Shown here: positions 32,525 to 43,420 of the stretch, one piece after another
Numbering within the stretch: the stretch's first letter is position 1
Layout of the letters: the number at the start of each line of letters is the position of its first letter
NCBI GenBank assembly: GCA_963668025.2
Contig: CAXXTH010000018.1
Location: 1 to 64,000 of the forward strand
Direction of reading: 5' to 3'
Length of the DNA stretch: 64,000 nt
DNA from: Candidatus Hydrogenedentota bacterium
GTDB lineage: Bacteria; Hydrogenedentota; Hydrogenedentia; Hydrogenedentales; SLHB01
The notes under the pieces: generated by a model
Told to the model about the DNA's origin: nothing
The model's database searches: none
Seen by the model: the letters and a program-made list of their open reading frames with translations, nothing else
Translations under genes and position numbers: made by a program

Positions 32525-33348
32525 AGTTCGGAATCTGCTCCGAGATATTTCAGGCATGGAATGATCTGGAGCGGGCTATCGCCTACTCGAGGGCGCTAGG
32601 ATATGACGGCATCGAGATCGCTCCTTTCACGCTGGCGCAAAAAGTAGCCGATATTCCGCAATCCGCACGGGAGCGTATTGTGCAAAAGGCGGATGAAGCG
32701 GGCATCGAGATCATCGGCATTCATTGGATTCTTGTAGGGCCGGAAGGTTTATATATCAATCATCCAGATAAAGCGGTGCGCGGGCGGACGGTTCAATACC
32801 TTCAAGAGTTAGCCCGGTTTTGCGGCGATATCGGAGGAAAACTCGCGATCTTCGGTTCACCCAAGCAGCGAAATGTACACCCTTCACTCACGTATGAGCA
32901 AGCCTTTGAGTATGCCGTGGAGGCCTTTAAGCAAGCTGTTCCTGCATACGAAGAGCATGGAGTGACGCTGTGCATGGAGCCGCTCTCGACCGATGAAACC
33001 AATTTTTGCTGCACGGCGGCGCAAGCGGCTCAGTTGGCGGATGCCGTGGGCCATCCCTATTTCCGCATGATGCTTGATACGAAGGCCATGGCTACGGAAC
33101 AGGAAGACCGTCCGGCGCTCATCCGAAAATACGCCTCCTATCTTCGCCATTACCATGCCAACGACGCTAATCGCAATGGGCCGGGATGGGGCGATACGGA
33201 CTTCAAACCGATATTTCGAGCGCTCCATGACATTGGATATGATGGCTATGCTTCCGTCGAGGTGTTCAACTTTGAACCAGGCCCCGAAGCGATTGCGGTC
33301 CGTAGCCTAGCCTATATGAAAGAGCAGTGGGCCTCTATTCAGCCGTGA
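32521..33348 (+). CDS. Sugar-phosphate isomerase/epimerase (ketose 3-epimerase-like TIM barrel)
   Basis: GYDGIEIAPF, MEPL, MLDT, HYHAND, SVEVF. Confidence 0.85.
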   Translation: MKFGICSEIFQAWNDLERAIAYSRALGYDGIEIAPFTLAQKVADIPQSARERIVQKADEAGIEIIGIHWILVGPEGLYINHPDKAVRGRTVQYLQELARFCGDIGGKLAIFGSPKQRNVHPSLTYEQAFEYAVEAFKQAVPAYEEHGVTLCMEPLSTDETNFCCTAAQAAQLADAVGHPYFRMMLDTKAMATEQEDRPALIRKYASYLRHYHANDANRNGPGWGDTDFKPIFRALHDIGYDGYASVEVFNFEPGPEAIAVRSLAYMKEQWASIQP

Positions 33349-33385
33349 CAACATATTGCTCATCCGCGATATTCTGGATATGTGT

Positions 33386-34387
33386 TTATGTTTCCACGAG
33401 TTGCGGCTTGAGGATCAATGTGTCGGTGCCCGCAAAGACTTCCTGCAACTGCTCGAACATGGCTTCGTTCGCGTAGGTGCCCACGATGGCCCCGCCTGAG
33501 CCGCTGAATTTGGCGCTGGCGCCCACCGAACGCGCCCGCCGAACCATTTCCACATCCGCCGGATTCAGTACCGAGATGGAACTGCGTGTATCGAAATTGC
33601 TATCTAGCCACGGACCGATCTCCGCGCCACGGCCCGCGAGAAGAAGGGAGCGCACTTCTTCCGCGTAATGGGCGAAATTTTTCATTGCCTCGACAACCGC
33701 CGGTTCGCCATTCAGCCAGCGCTCGCGGATACGGTTGTGGAATACCTGCGAGCCTTCACTGAAACTGGTGCGATATGCAATATACAACGGAGGCAGGAGC
33801 GCCGGGTCGATGGGTTCGTAAATGCCAAACCCTTGGCGTTCCATGATTGTTTTGTCAAAATCCATATAGACGCAGCCTTCATACACCTGGATCACCCGAT
33901 CTTGAAGGCCTGCGGAAATCCCGAGCTGGTCACGTTCCACGCTGAGAATGAGATTAGGCAGTTCTGGCTTTGGGATATCCACTTCAAAAAACTCCATGAG
34001 ACAGCGCATGGCGGCTGTCACCAATGCGCTCGAGCCCGCCAGGCCGACATGGCGGGGGATGGTCGAGCGGTATCGGATCGAGAAATTCCGATCCGAAAGC
34101 TGGACACCTTTGGCGTCAAAATAGTCGACAAATCCGCGAATGGCCGCCTTCATCAGCCGTATGCCGCCGTAATAACCATACGCATTAACATCCTCGACCA
34201 ATTCACGGAGAGAACCATACCGGGAGCGGTCGCGCACACTGGGTATGAGTTCGAGTTCGGCATTTTCGTATATGCTCACCATGGCGCTGAAATTGCGTAT
34301 AATGAAGCTGATCGTTTTGCCATAATATCCGTCCGAAGGATTTCCGATGAGGCCCGCTCGAGCGTAAGCCGTTGCTTGGCATGCCAT
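33386..34387 (-). CDS. GHMP kinase, glucuronokinase-like
   Basis: ARAGLIGNPSDGY, GYYGGIRL, PRHVGLAGSSA, AGLQDRVIQ, KFSGSGGA. Confidence 0.85.
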   Translation of the reverse strand: MACQATAYARAGLIGNPSDGYYGKTISFIIRNFSAMVSIYENAELELIPSVRDRSRYGSLRELVEDVNAYGYYGGIRLMKAAIRGFVDYFDAKGVQLSDRNFSIRYRSTIPRHVGLAGSSALVTAAMRCLMEFFEVDIPKPELPNLILSVERDQLGISAGLQDRVIQVYEGCVYMDFDKTIMERQGFGIYEPIDPALLPPLYIAYRTSFSEGSQVFHNRIRERWLNGEPAVVEAMKNFAHYAEEVRSLLLAGRGAEIGPWLDSNFDTRSSISVLNPADVEMVRRARSVGASAKFSGSGGAIVGTYANEAMFEQLQEVFAGTDTLILKPQLVET

Positions 34388-34832
34388 TATGCGATACTCC
34401 CGATCATGCGTTCATACCAGGTGCAGGAAATCCCATGCTGGCATGACACGGCCCGATTTTTCCATGGCGTATTCGGCGCTACAGTGAAAAACATGGTTTT
34501 CACAGTTGGGAGAGCCTAACACACGCGATACAGGACTGCAACTAACGGAGCTGGCGTAAACGTAAGAAAACAGGGCGCAATGAATAGTTCAATGATATGT
34601 TGGTTTTCAATATGATTATAGCCTGCTCCGGCGAAAATGGTGAGAATATCTTGCGGAAAATGATATAATTGCTTCAATGGATTGAGGAGATAGCGGATTT
34701 ATCTCAGTTTTGACAGCGATTATCGAGAAGGTGGAAGCCCACAAGAGCGGGGCAAAAAAAACTTTTTGCCTGGTGCTCGACATTTTTTTTGCCCATCATC
34801 CCAGTGTCAGCGATGCTGCTTCAGGGGGTAAA

Positions 34833-36938
34833 ATGACTATGCATGGAATAGGAGGTTGCACCAGACGAATCTTCTCATATGTGGCCTTCGCCTTGTTGTT
34901 CTTCCCGGTCATTGGTATTTCCTCGGCGAGCGCTGATTCCCAGGTGGTGTCTGTCGGCGTATACGAAAACGCCCCGAAGGTCTTTGTTGATGAATCGGGC
35001 AAGCCTGCGGGTATCTTTATAGAGATCATCGAATACATCGCGAAAAAGGAAGGCTGGGAGCTGCACTATGTTACGGGCACTTGGGGGGAAGGGCTAGACC
35101 GGTTGCAAAGAGGTGAGATCGATCTTATGCCCGATGTCGCTTATACATCGGAAAGGGAAAAACTTTATGCCTTTCACAAGATTCCGGTGCTGTCTTCCTG
35201 GTACCAGGTGTATGCGCGCAAGGGTAGTAACATCAAATCGATTATGGATTTAGCCGGGAAACGAGTCGTTGTTCTAGAACGTTCCGTGCAGGAAGCGGCC
35301 TTTACCCAACTGTCCAACGGCTTCGGGCTGAAAACCACCCTCATTCCTTTGCCGGATTACAAAACCAGCTTCGAAAAGGTCGCCAAAGGGGAAGCGGATG
35401 CGGCCATTACCAATCGCTTCTTTGGGATGATGCATGCCCGGCAGTTCGGGTTAGAAGATACGGCGATCATGTTTCAGCCGTCCGACCTCTTTTTCGCAGC
35501 GCCCCTGGAAGGCCGTAAGCCATTATTGGACGCCATTGATGCAGATCTTACCCTTCTGAAGGAAGATTCCAAATCGATATACTACAGGTCCATGGAACGG
35601 TGGACTTCTGAAAAAGTCTCTTTTACTTTGCCAATCTGGGTCAAGATAACCGGCTTGGTCGTGGGAACCGTCCTGCTCATGAGCTTAGTGGGCAGCGTAG
35701 TGCTCAAGCGCCAGGTGAATGCCCGTACCAAGGCATTATCCGAACAAAATGAGCAGATGGCCATCATCAACCGGACGCTGCGCAGCAGCGAGGAGCAATT
35801 CCGCCTGATCATGGAGAACCTGTCCGATATGGTGGCAGTGATCGATCTGCACGGCCGCCGCCTTTATAATAGCCCCTCCTACTGCTCGATTTTAGGTGAT
35901 CCCGAAAAGCTGCGTGGAACGTCGTCGTTCGAGCAAGTGCATCCGGACGATACAGCCCGGGTGCGGCAAGCGTTCCAGGATACGATCAGCACGGGCATAG
36001 GGAAGCGGCTGGATTATCACCTGATAGATGCGAATGGGCAGATACGGCACATCGAGTCGCAGTCGAATGCGATCCACGATGCGCATGGCCTGGTGTCGCA
36101 GGTGCTGGTGGTTTCCCGCGATGTAACGGAACGGCGGCAAGCAGAAGAAGCGATCCGAGAACTAAATGCCCGTCTAGAGCAGCGTGTGGCGGAACGCACC
36201 GCCGAACTAGCGGTGGCCCGGGACCGCGCCGAGGCGGCGGACCGTATCAAGTCTGCTTTCCTGGCTACGATGAGCCACGAACTGCGCACCCCGCTCAACT
36301 CCATTATCGGATTTACCGGCATCCTGCTCCAAGGGCTGGCCGGGCCATTGAATGAGGAGCAGCAAAAGCAATTGCGCATGGTGCAAAACAGTTCCCGGCA
36401 TCTTCTAGCCCTGATCAACGATGTGCTGGATATTTCCAAAATCGAGGCGGGCCAATTATCCCTTTCATTTTCGTGCTTTGAATTGCGGCCTTCCATTCAA
36501 AAAATGGCTGAGCTGGTTTCGCCGCTGGCGGAACAAAAGGGACTCGAACTGAGATTGGAAATCGCCGATGATATCGCTTCCGTGACCTCGGATCAGCGCC
36601 GTTTAGAACAGATTATTCTCAATTTACTCAACAATGCCGTCAAATTCACCGAACAAGGGCATGTCCAGATTTCCTGCCGAACGGACAACGAGCAGTATCT
36701 CCTCTCTGTTTCAGATAGCGGCATCGGCATTAAGCCGGAAGAAATAGCCGGGCTTTTTCAACCATTTCACCAAATCGATACGGGCCTGTCACGCAAGCAT
36801 GAGGGAACGGGCCTTGGGCTTTCCATATGCAAAAAATTGATCGAGATGATGGGCGGCGCCATTGATGTGCAAAGCCGGTGGGGCGAGGGCAGCATCTTCA
36901 CCATTCGTTTTCCGAGACATTCAGGAGTCTTGTCATGA
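34833..36938 (+). CDS. Periplasmic-binding-domain/PAS sensor histidine kinase
   Basis: PBPb-like N-terminus, TM, PAS, FLATMSHELRTPLN, NAVKFT, GTGLGL. Confidence 0.92.
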   Translation: MTMHGIGGCTRRIFSYVAFALLFFPVIGISSASADSQVVSVGVYENAPKVFVDESGKPAGIFIEIIEYIAKKEGWELHYVTGTWGEGLDRLQRGEIDLMPDVAYTSEREKLYAFHKIPVLSSWYQVYARKGSNIKSIMDLAGKRVVVLERSVQEAAFTQLSNGFGLKTTLIPLPDYKTSFEKVAKGEADAAITNRFFGMMHARQFGLEDTAIMFQPSDLFFAAPLEGRKPLLDAIDADLTLLKEDSKSIYYRSMERWTSEKVSFTLPIWVKITGLVVGTVLLMSLVGSVVLKRQVNARTKALSEQNEQMAIINRTLRSSEEQFRLIMENLSDMVAVIDLHGRRLYNSPSYCSILGDPEKLRGTSSFEQVHPDDTARVRQAFQDTISTGIGKRLDYHLIDANGQIRHIESQSNAIHDAHGLVSQVLVVSRDVTERRQAEEAIRELNARLEQRVAERTAELAVARDRAEAADRIKSAFLATMSHELRTPLNSIIGFTGILLQGLAGPLNEEQQKQLRMVQNSSRHLLALINDVLDISKIEAGQLSLSFSCFELRPSIQKMAELVSPLAEQKGLELRLEIADDIASVTSDQRRLEQIILNLLNNAVKFTEQGHVQISCRTDNEQYLLSVSDSGIGIKPEEIAGLFQPFHQIDTGLSRKHEGTGLGLSICKKLIEMMGGAIDVQSRWGEGSIFTIRFPRHSGVLS

Positions 36939-37306
36939 GCGGCCAATTGCTTATTATCGAAGACAATCCGCAGAATTCCTACATGATGCGCTTTTTGTTG
37001 GAAAAAAACGGATTTTCCGTCATCATCGCAGAAAACGGACGCGATGGCATAGATGCGGCTATATGCCACAAGCCGGAGGCTATTTTGCTCGATATCCAGT
37101 TGCCTGAGATGGACGGCTACGCCGTGGCGGAAGAACTTAAAAAGCACCCCGAACTGGCGGAGGTGCCTATTATTGCAGTGACTTCTTACGCCATGGTGGG
37201 GGATCGGGAACGGATTCTGGCCGCGGGCGCCACTGGTTACATCGAAAAACCCATCAATCCAGAGACCTTTGTGGCTGAGATTATCCAATATATGCCAAAG
37301 GGCTGA
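36935..37306 (+). CDS. Single-domain response regulator (DivK-like)
   Basis: LIIEDN, LLDIQLPEMDGY, VTSYAM.GD, KPI; ATGA overlap with the kinase stop. Confidence 0.92.
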   Translation: MSGQLLIIEDNPQNSYMMRFLLEKNGFSVIIAENGRDGIDAAICHKPEAILLDIQLPEMDGYAVAEELKKHPELAEVPIIAVTSYAMVGDRERILAAGATGYIEKPINPETFVAEIIQYMPKG

Positions 37307-37323
37307 GATGATCATAGGGAGAA

Positions 37324-39390
37324 ATGGCAATGAACATCTTGATCGTTGACGATCATCAAGAAAACTTGTATTTACTGGAAAGCTTGCTCAGGGGAAGCGG
37401 GCACCATGTGTGGTCGGCATTAAATGGCGCCGAGGCCCTTGATATACTCAAGGCACAGGGGATCGATTTGATCGTTAGTGATATTCTTATGCCGGTAATG
37501 GATGGCTTTCAACTGTGCCGGAAAATAAAAACCGATGAGGCCCTGCGCACCATCCCGTTTATCATTTACACCGCCACCTACACCGGGCCCAGAGATGAAG
37601 CATTCGCGTTAAAAATTGGTGCGGACCGCTTTATAGAAAAGCCATGCGAGCCTGAAGTGTTCATGGCGGCGGTGGGCGAAGTAATAGCTGCTTCCAAGCG
37701 TAACGGCTGCGCCTCGCCTGCGCCACAGATCGAGGAAGAAGAAGCGCTCAAACTATACAGCGAGCGGCTGGTGAGAAAGCTCGAACAGAAAGTGCTGGAG
37801 GCGGAACGCGAAATCGAGGGGCGCCAAGAGGCCGAAAAAGCCCTCCGTGAAAGCGAAGCAAGGCTGATTGCAGCCCAGCGCTTGGCAAAGATGGGCGATT
37901 TTGTATGGGATGTGGAAACCGGGGAAATCGCCTGCTCTGATGCTCTATTTGAACTGTTGGGATATGATAAATCCGAAACCATCGATTACGCCAAAGTAAA
38001 TGCAGAGATCCATCATCCGGATGATCTCGCGCATGTGACCCAATGGATCGATGCCAGCATTGCATCCGGCAAAAACGAATTGCCCCCCAATGAGTACCGG
38101 ATCATTCGAAAAGACGGTGAGATGCTCTTTGTTCGCACCGTGGGCACGATCAGGCATAGGCCGGGGAGAAAGCCGGAGATTTTTGCCACCGTCCAGGACA
38201 TCACCGAGCGCAAGCGGGTGGAGGAAGAGCGTGAGAGCTTGCAGTCCCAGTTGACCCAGTCGCAGAAGATGGAAGCTGTGGGGCAATTGGCGGGAGGCGT
38301 GGCCCATGATCTCAACAACATCTTGCAGGCGATGATGGGCTATACCCAGATGATGATTGACTCAGCCCATGAAAAGGGCGAAATGTGTGAGGAGGTCGCC
38401 GAGATTGATAAAGGAATTGAGCGGGCGGCGGCGCTGACGCGGCAGCTTCTTGCATTCAGCCGGCGGCAGGTGGCGCAGCCGAGAGTCCTCGATATGAATG
38501 CCCTCGTTGAAAACTTATTGAAGATGATTCGGAGGGTTATCGGGGAGCACATTGAAATGGAATGGCTTCCGGGGAACCGCCTGGGTGCGGTCCATGCGGA
38601 TGCCGGGATGCTCGAACAGCTTTTGATTAATTTATGTGTCAACGCCCGTGACGCCATGCCGCAAGGCGGCGCGTTGAACATCGAAACGCAGAATGTGCGG
38701 ATTGATTCCGATTACTGTGCAAGCCATATTTGGGCGAAGCCCGGGCGTTATGTCATGCTTAGCATTACGGATACGGGCTGCGGCATGGACAAAGAAACGC
38801 TGAAGCATATTTTTGAACCTTTCTTCACCACCAAGCAAGAAGGCAAGGGAACTGGCTTGGGATTGGCGACAGTTTATGGAATCGTGAAACAACACGATGG
38901 CATGATCAACCCATACAGCGAAGTAGGAAAGGGCACCACATTCAAGATCTATCTGCCGATCTGTGAACAAAAAGCGGAGATGATAGGCCAGATGCTCGAA
39001 GGCCCCGTGGCTGGGGGCAATGAGACCATCCTGCTGGCTGAGGACGATGAGTCTGTCCGCGTATTGGGCGCGAGAATTCTCGAGCATGCTGGTTACCGTA
39101 TATATACGGCGAGCAATGGCGAAGAGGCCGTGGTTCTTTTCAGGCAGCATTCCGCCGAGATCAACCTGTTGATTCTCGATGTGGTCATGCCCAAAATGGG
39201 AGGACGCGAAGCGTACGAACGCATTCAGGGCATCCGCGCGGGCTTGCCTGTTCTTTTCTCCAGCGGCTATAGTGCAAACGCAATACACACCAACTTTGTT
39301 TTGCATGAAGGGCTACAGTTGATCCAGAAGCCCTATTCGTCCATGATGCTATTGCGCACCGTCCGAACAGTACTGGACCATAGATGCTGA
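37324..39390 (+). CDS. REC-PAS-histidine kinase-REC hybrid
   Basis: N- and C-terminal receivers, [25 protein letters not shown]. Confidence 0.92.
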   Translation: MAMNILIVDDHQENLYLLESLLRGSGHHVWSALNGAEALDILKAQGIDLIVSDILMPVMDGFQLCRKIKTDEALRTIPFIIYTATYTGPRDEAFALKIGADRFIEKPCEPEVFMAAVGEVIAASKRNGCASPAPQIEEEEALKLYSERLVRKLEQKVLEAEREIEGRQEAEKALRESEARLIAAQRLAKMGDFVWDVETGEIACSDALFELLGYDKSETIDYAKVNAEIHHPDDLAHVTQWIDASIASGKNELPPNEYRIIRKDGEMLFVRTVGTIRHRPGRKPEIFATVQDITERKRVEEERESLQSQLTQSQKMEAVGQLAGGVAHDLNNILQAMMGYTQMMIDSAHEKGEMCEEVAEIDKGIERAAALTRQLLAFSRRQVAQPRVLDMNALVENLLKMIRRVIGEHIEMEWLPGNRLGAVHADAGMLEQLLINLCVNARDAMPQGGALNIETQNVRIDSDYCASHIWAKPGRYVMLSITDTGCGMDKETLKHIFEPFFTTKQEGKGTGLGLATVYGIVKQHDGMINPYSEVGKGTTFKIYLPICEQKAEMIGQMLEGPVAGGNETILLAEDDESVRVLGARILEHAGYRIYTASNGEEAVVLFRQHSAEINLLILDVVMPKMGGREAYERIQGIRAGLPVLFSSGYSANAIHTNFVLHEGLQLIQKPYSSMMLLRTVRTVLDHRC

Positions 39391-39544
39391 TATACCCGAA
39401 TCGCCGGATAAGGAGGGGCAAGCCTTTGCTCGTCCATCAGAAAACCATCTATTTTATACCGAATTCGCGTTCCTGCTCATTCTCTGATTGAGTGTTTTCA
39501 AGGAATCGTGAATTCGTTATTTGTCGCGCTAAATTCAACCCAAT

Positions 39545-39728
39545 CGTCATCCCCGCGAAAGGGCCTGTCGATTAAGCCCCAGAAACCAGATTCAGCGCCA
39601 GTTTTGGGCCATCGAAATACCTCAACGGCGCTGCGATCGCACAATCTGGGGCATTCCTCGAAGCCGGATTCTTCTAAGCACTACACGTCTAATACATTAA
39701 ATCGACAGGCCCTTTCGCGGGGATGACG
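39545..39728. repeat. 184-bp element with perfect 29-bp terminal inverted repeats (MITE/REP-like)
   Basis: CGTCATCCCCGCGAAAGGGCCTGTCGATT at 39545-39573 and its exact reverse complement at 39700-39728. Confidence 0.85.
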
Positions 39729-39929
39729 CAGTGATAGTACATTGGTTTTATTGTCGTATTCTTCCCCGGCGATTCGGAGATATCCATCAGATTTGATAGG
39801 AGTTCCCCCAACACCGGAGAATTTACTATTTGCGTAGCTATCTTATGCAGGCATTCACCTTGGAAACAAGTGGAGCAGGATCTTGCGGTGCGCCGGTAGT
39901 CCACACGGGACTGGCGAAAGCCCTGCGCG

Positions 39930-40050
39930 TGATTGGCTTGGCGGTGGTCGTGGCCGTGGACAGCATCCGGTGGCCGTGATTGAGCAACTCCGTCACAATA
40001 TGCCCGAGTTCGTGGGTCTTGCCCGTGCCCGGCGGCGAAATCGTTTGTGG
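39930..40050 (-). pseudogene. Possible IstB-like (IS21 helper ATPase) remnant
   Basis: PPGTGKTH..ELLNHGHRML resembles the IstB Walker A region; short and degenerate. Confidence 0.35.
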
Positions 40051-40202
40051 AACAGCGCACAAATGAAGACGGCCCTCAGTTGTGGCTTTTGTTATACGAG
40101 CCTTTACGCCAAGTTCCGCTTGATATTGTTGATCTTGGACGAACGATATGGTGAGATAGAAGAGTTGGTGCAAACCGGAACATCGGAACAGAAGGGATTG
40201 TC

Positions 40203-41081
40203 ATGTCTGATTCCATAGAATTGCTGATCGATGGAAGAGCTGCCTTGGGTGAAGGAGCGATCTGGGACTCGCAGAAGAAAGTGCTCTATTGGGTGGATAT
40301 AATAAATGGCGAGGTTCACATCTATGACCCTGTTGAGCATCATGATCGTGTGATTCCGGTGGAGCAGCAGGCCGGAACAGTCGTGCCTTGTAAATCAGGA
40401 GGCCTTATGCTGGCTCTGCATCATGGTTTCGCTCATCTTGACCTCGAAACCGAAGAAATGAAGCTTATCTCTGATCCAGAACAGGATATCCCCGGGAACA
40501 GATTCAACGACGGCAAGTGCGATCCGGCCGGGCGTTTTTGGGCCGGGACGATTTCCATGGAGGATAAATCCGACATGAGTGCGCTGTATCGCATGGATGC
40601 GGATTATTCCGTCCATAAGATGCTGGACAAGATCAGCATCTCAAATGGCATCGCTTGGTCTTTGGATCACAAGACCATGTACTACATTGACAGCCCTACG
40701 CGGAGAGTCGATGCTTTTTATTACGACATGGACACGGGTGGCATTTCAAAGCGTCGGCCGGTGGTTTCCGTGCCCGAAGAAATGGGGCTTCCGGATGGTA
40801 TGACCTTGGATGCGGAGGGCATGATCTGGGTTGCTCTTTGGGAAGGCAGCGCCGTGGCCCGCTGGAATCCGGCAAACGGTGAGTTGCTTGAGGTGATTAA
40901 CATACCGGCATCGAGAGTCACATCATGCGCTTTTGGAGGCGCCAATCTAGATGAATTATATGTGACCACGGCGCGTATTGGCCTGAACGACGAGGAGTTG
41001 CAGGCCCAACCTCAAGCTGGCGGCCTTTTCCGAGCCAAGCCGGGCCTTCGCGGTATTCCCGCCTATGAATTCGGCGGATAA
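40203..41081 (+). CDS. SMP-30/gluconolactonase/LRE family lactonase
   Basis: LGEGAIWD, RFNDGKCDPAGRFWAGT, SNGIAWS, PDGMTLD, TSCAFGG. Confidence 0.93.
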   Translation: MSDSIELLIDGRAALGEGAIWDSQKKVLYWVDIINGEVHIYDPVEHHDRVIPVEQQAGTVVPCKSGGLMLALHHGFAHLDLETEEMKLISDPEQDIPGNRFNDGKCDPAGRFWAGTISMEDKSDMSALYRMDADYSVHKMLDKISISNGIAWSLDHKTMYYIDSPTRRVDAFYYDMDTGGISKRRPVVSVPEEMGLPDGMTLDAEGMIWVALWEGSAVARWNPANGELLEVINIPASRVTSCAFGGANLDELYVTTARIGLNDEELQAQPQAGGLFRAKPGLRGIPAYEFGG

Positions 41082-41117
41082 ATCCGTTCAGGCCCGTTCC
41101 TATTATCGATGATCGGA

Positions 41118-43292
41118 TTATCGCCATTTCCCGTGAGCGACAAGGGCGGCCGTCTCGACGATGGCGTCATCGTCCAAAAGGGCGGCCTCTTCCAGAACGC
41201 GCGATACAGATGGAGGGACGTCGAGCGAGGCCAGGCATGCGATAGGGCCGTCTAACTCATCGAAAAAACGCTCTTGCAGTGTAGCAGCGATTTGTTTACC
41301 TATCGACTGGCTAGATGCGGCTTGTTCGACGATTACGCATTGTCCGGTCTTACGCAATGAATTCCCTAAAGTATCGTAATCGATTGACGGGAGATCCAGC
41401 GTCCGCAAATCAATGAGATCGGGATAGATTCCCATGTCACGCCAACGTGATAGAAGCCGTTCACAACGGCCGGTCATGCATCCGTATGTGGCGATGGTGA
41501 CATCCTCACCTTCGGCCAGGATACGCGCTTTGCCAAAACGCACCATATAGTCGAGATTGTCTTCCGGAACCGGGAAAGTCTCTCCATAGAGCGAGTGATG
41601 CTCGAGGATGACCACCGGATCTAGGCTTTGCATAGCGCTGTTAAACAGTCCAATGTAGTCAAAAGCCGTTGATGGGGCAACCATGCGCCAGCCTGGGAAA
41701 AGGGCGTAAAGTCCAACGGGGTCCATGGAATGCTGGCCTCCATATCCGCATCCCGTGGCGATGCGAATACGGGCTACAAGGGGTAGTTGAGTCGTGTCGC
41801 CGTACATGTGGCGCGCCTTTCCGATTTGATTGAATAATTGATCGGCGGCGACCAAGCTAAAATCCGGAAACATCACTTCGACCACGGGCCGCATTTCCGA
41901 CATGGCCGCACCCAAGGCAATGCCGACGAAGCCGGCTTCTGAAATAGGAGTATTCAGAACGCGCTCCGGGAAACGCGCTGGCAGGTTCTTCGTGGCCCCG
42001 TAGGCCCCCCCGCCGAAATTGGCCACTTCTTCACCCAGGGTGAAGACCATCGGGTCGCGTTCTAGCCATCTTCCCGTGGCTGCGGCAATCGCATCTGAAT
42101 AGCGCAACTCGCGCCATGCATGAAAATCCTCCCGCTCTTGAAAACGTATGGAATCCCATTCGCCGCCGTTGCTGCGGAGACCCACGGCGACTGATTGCGG
42201 TTTTGGCCACAGCTCAGACCGGACCTTTGGGTTGGGGCCGTCTTCAACACAAAAGTCGACGGCGGCTTGCACCGCCTCTTGGGCGCGATTCTGAATAGTC
42301 TTCAGGGCTTTCTCATCGAGAAGCCCCGTCTTCTTGAGCTGTCGAGGGAACTGCGTAACAGATTCTCGCTCCCTCCACCAAGCCTCTTCCTCTTTATCGC
42401 GGTATTTGAATGCGCTTCCAGGCTGATCCCCGGCGTGGTGATAGGTCCGATAACACCGGGCCTCGATAAAGACGGGGCGGTTGGTGCTGCGTATTTGGCC
42501 AACCGCTTGTTTGGTGACTTCGTACAGTGCGACGGGATCGCTGCCATCCACAATATGGGCATCCATGTTATAGGCCGTGGCGCGCAATGCAATAGGATTG
42601 GCTGCACAGGCCGCTTCGGCATGGGTGCCCACTGCGTAGAAGTTGTTCTCGAGAAAAAAGAGCACCGGCAGCTCCCAGAGTCCTGCGAAGTTGCAGGCTT
42701 CATGAAAGGCTCCCTGGTTAACGGCTCCATCGCCGAAATAGCACACAACGATATTTCCTGTTTTGCGTTGTTTCTCGGCAAAGGCCGCGCCGGTCGACAG
42801 AGGAATGCCGCCGCCCACAATCGCATTGCTGCCGAGGAAACCCGCCTCGACCCAACGTAGATGCATCGAGCCGCCTCGTCCGCCGCAGAAGCCCGGGGCC
42901 AGTCCCATGATTTCCGCCAAGGTCCGGCGTAGGGCGATGAAACCTTCTTCCGGTAACGTATCGGTGTGGGGTTGCCAATCGGACGGGAGAACATACTGCA
43001 TCGCCTTGGCCAGGAAATGATGATGGGATCGATGTGTCCCTGTTACCTTATCCGCTGTATGTAAGGCGTGAATAACGGCGCCCGCCGTGGCTTCTTGCCC
43101 CACGCTCGTATGGACCGGGCCCCAGATAGCGCCCGCATTTTTCAATCGGAGCGCCGCGTGTTCAAAGTAGTTGATGAGGCAGAGGTCAAAGTATATCCGC
43201 GCGGCAAGGTTTGCGGGCATGGCGGCCAAGTCCTCCGGTTCGGATGTCCAGAGGTATATATTGGTGTCAGGAGCCAGTGTTTTGTTCTTCAT
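41118..43292 (-). CDS. Fused alpha/beta E1 ThDP-dependent dehydrogenase (acetoin/2-oxoacid dehydrogenase-like)
   Basis: GQEA, THRSH, GRGGSMH, GDGA..N ThDP motif; beta part TPISEAG, GGQHS, DLRTL. Confidence 0.9.
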   Translation of the reverse strand: MKNKTLAPDTNIYLWTSEPEDLAAMPANLAARIYFDLCLINYFEHAALRLKNAGAIWGPVHTSVGQEATAGAVIHALHTADKVTGTHRSHHHFLAKAMQYVLPSDWQPHTDTLPEEGFIALRRTLAEIMGLAPGFCGGRGGSMHLRWVEAGFLGSNAIVGGGIPLSTGAAFAEKQRKTGNIVVCYFGDGAVNQGAFHEACNFAGLWELPVLFFLENNFYAVGTHAEAACAANPIALRATAYNMDAHIVDGSDPVALYEVTKQAVGQIRSTNRPVFIEARCYRTYHHAGDQPGSAFKYRDKEEEAWWRERESVTQFPRQLKKTGLLDEKALKTIQNRAQEAVQAAVDFCVEDGPNPKVRSELWPKPQSVAVGLRSNGGEWDSIRFQEREDFHAWRELRYSDAIAAATGRWLERDPMVFTLGEEVANFGGGAYGATKNLPARFPERVLNTPISEAGFVGIALGAAMSEMRPVVEVMFPDFSLVAADQLFNQIGKARHMYGDTTQLPLVARIRIATGCGYGGQHSMDPVGLYALFPGWRMVAPSTAFDYIGLFNSAMQSLDPVVILEHHSLYGETFPVPEDNLDYMVRFGKARILAEGEDVTIATYGCMTGRCERLLSRWRDMGIYPDLIDLRTLDLPSIDYDTLGNSLRKTGQCVIVEQAASSQSIGKQIAATLQERFFDELDGPIACLASLDVPPSVSRVLEEAALLDDDAIVETAALVAHGKWR

Positions 43293-43420
43293 AGCACTCC
43301 TCAGGTGTCTTCACTATCAGGAAGACGGCAATATCGGCTGTTTGTCGTGACCCGGTATCTCGATTCCCGGCGTTTCGGTCATCTACTGTTTCACCGGTCC
43401 AATCGCGGTCATCGTCATTC

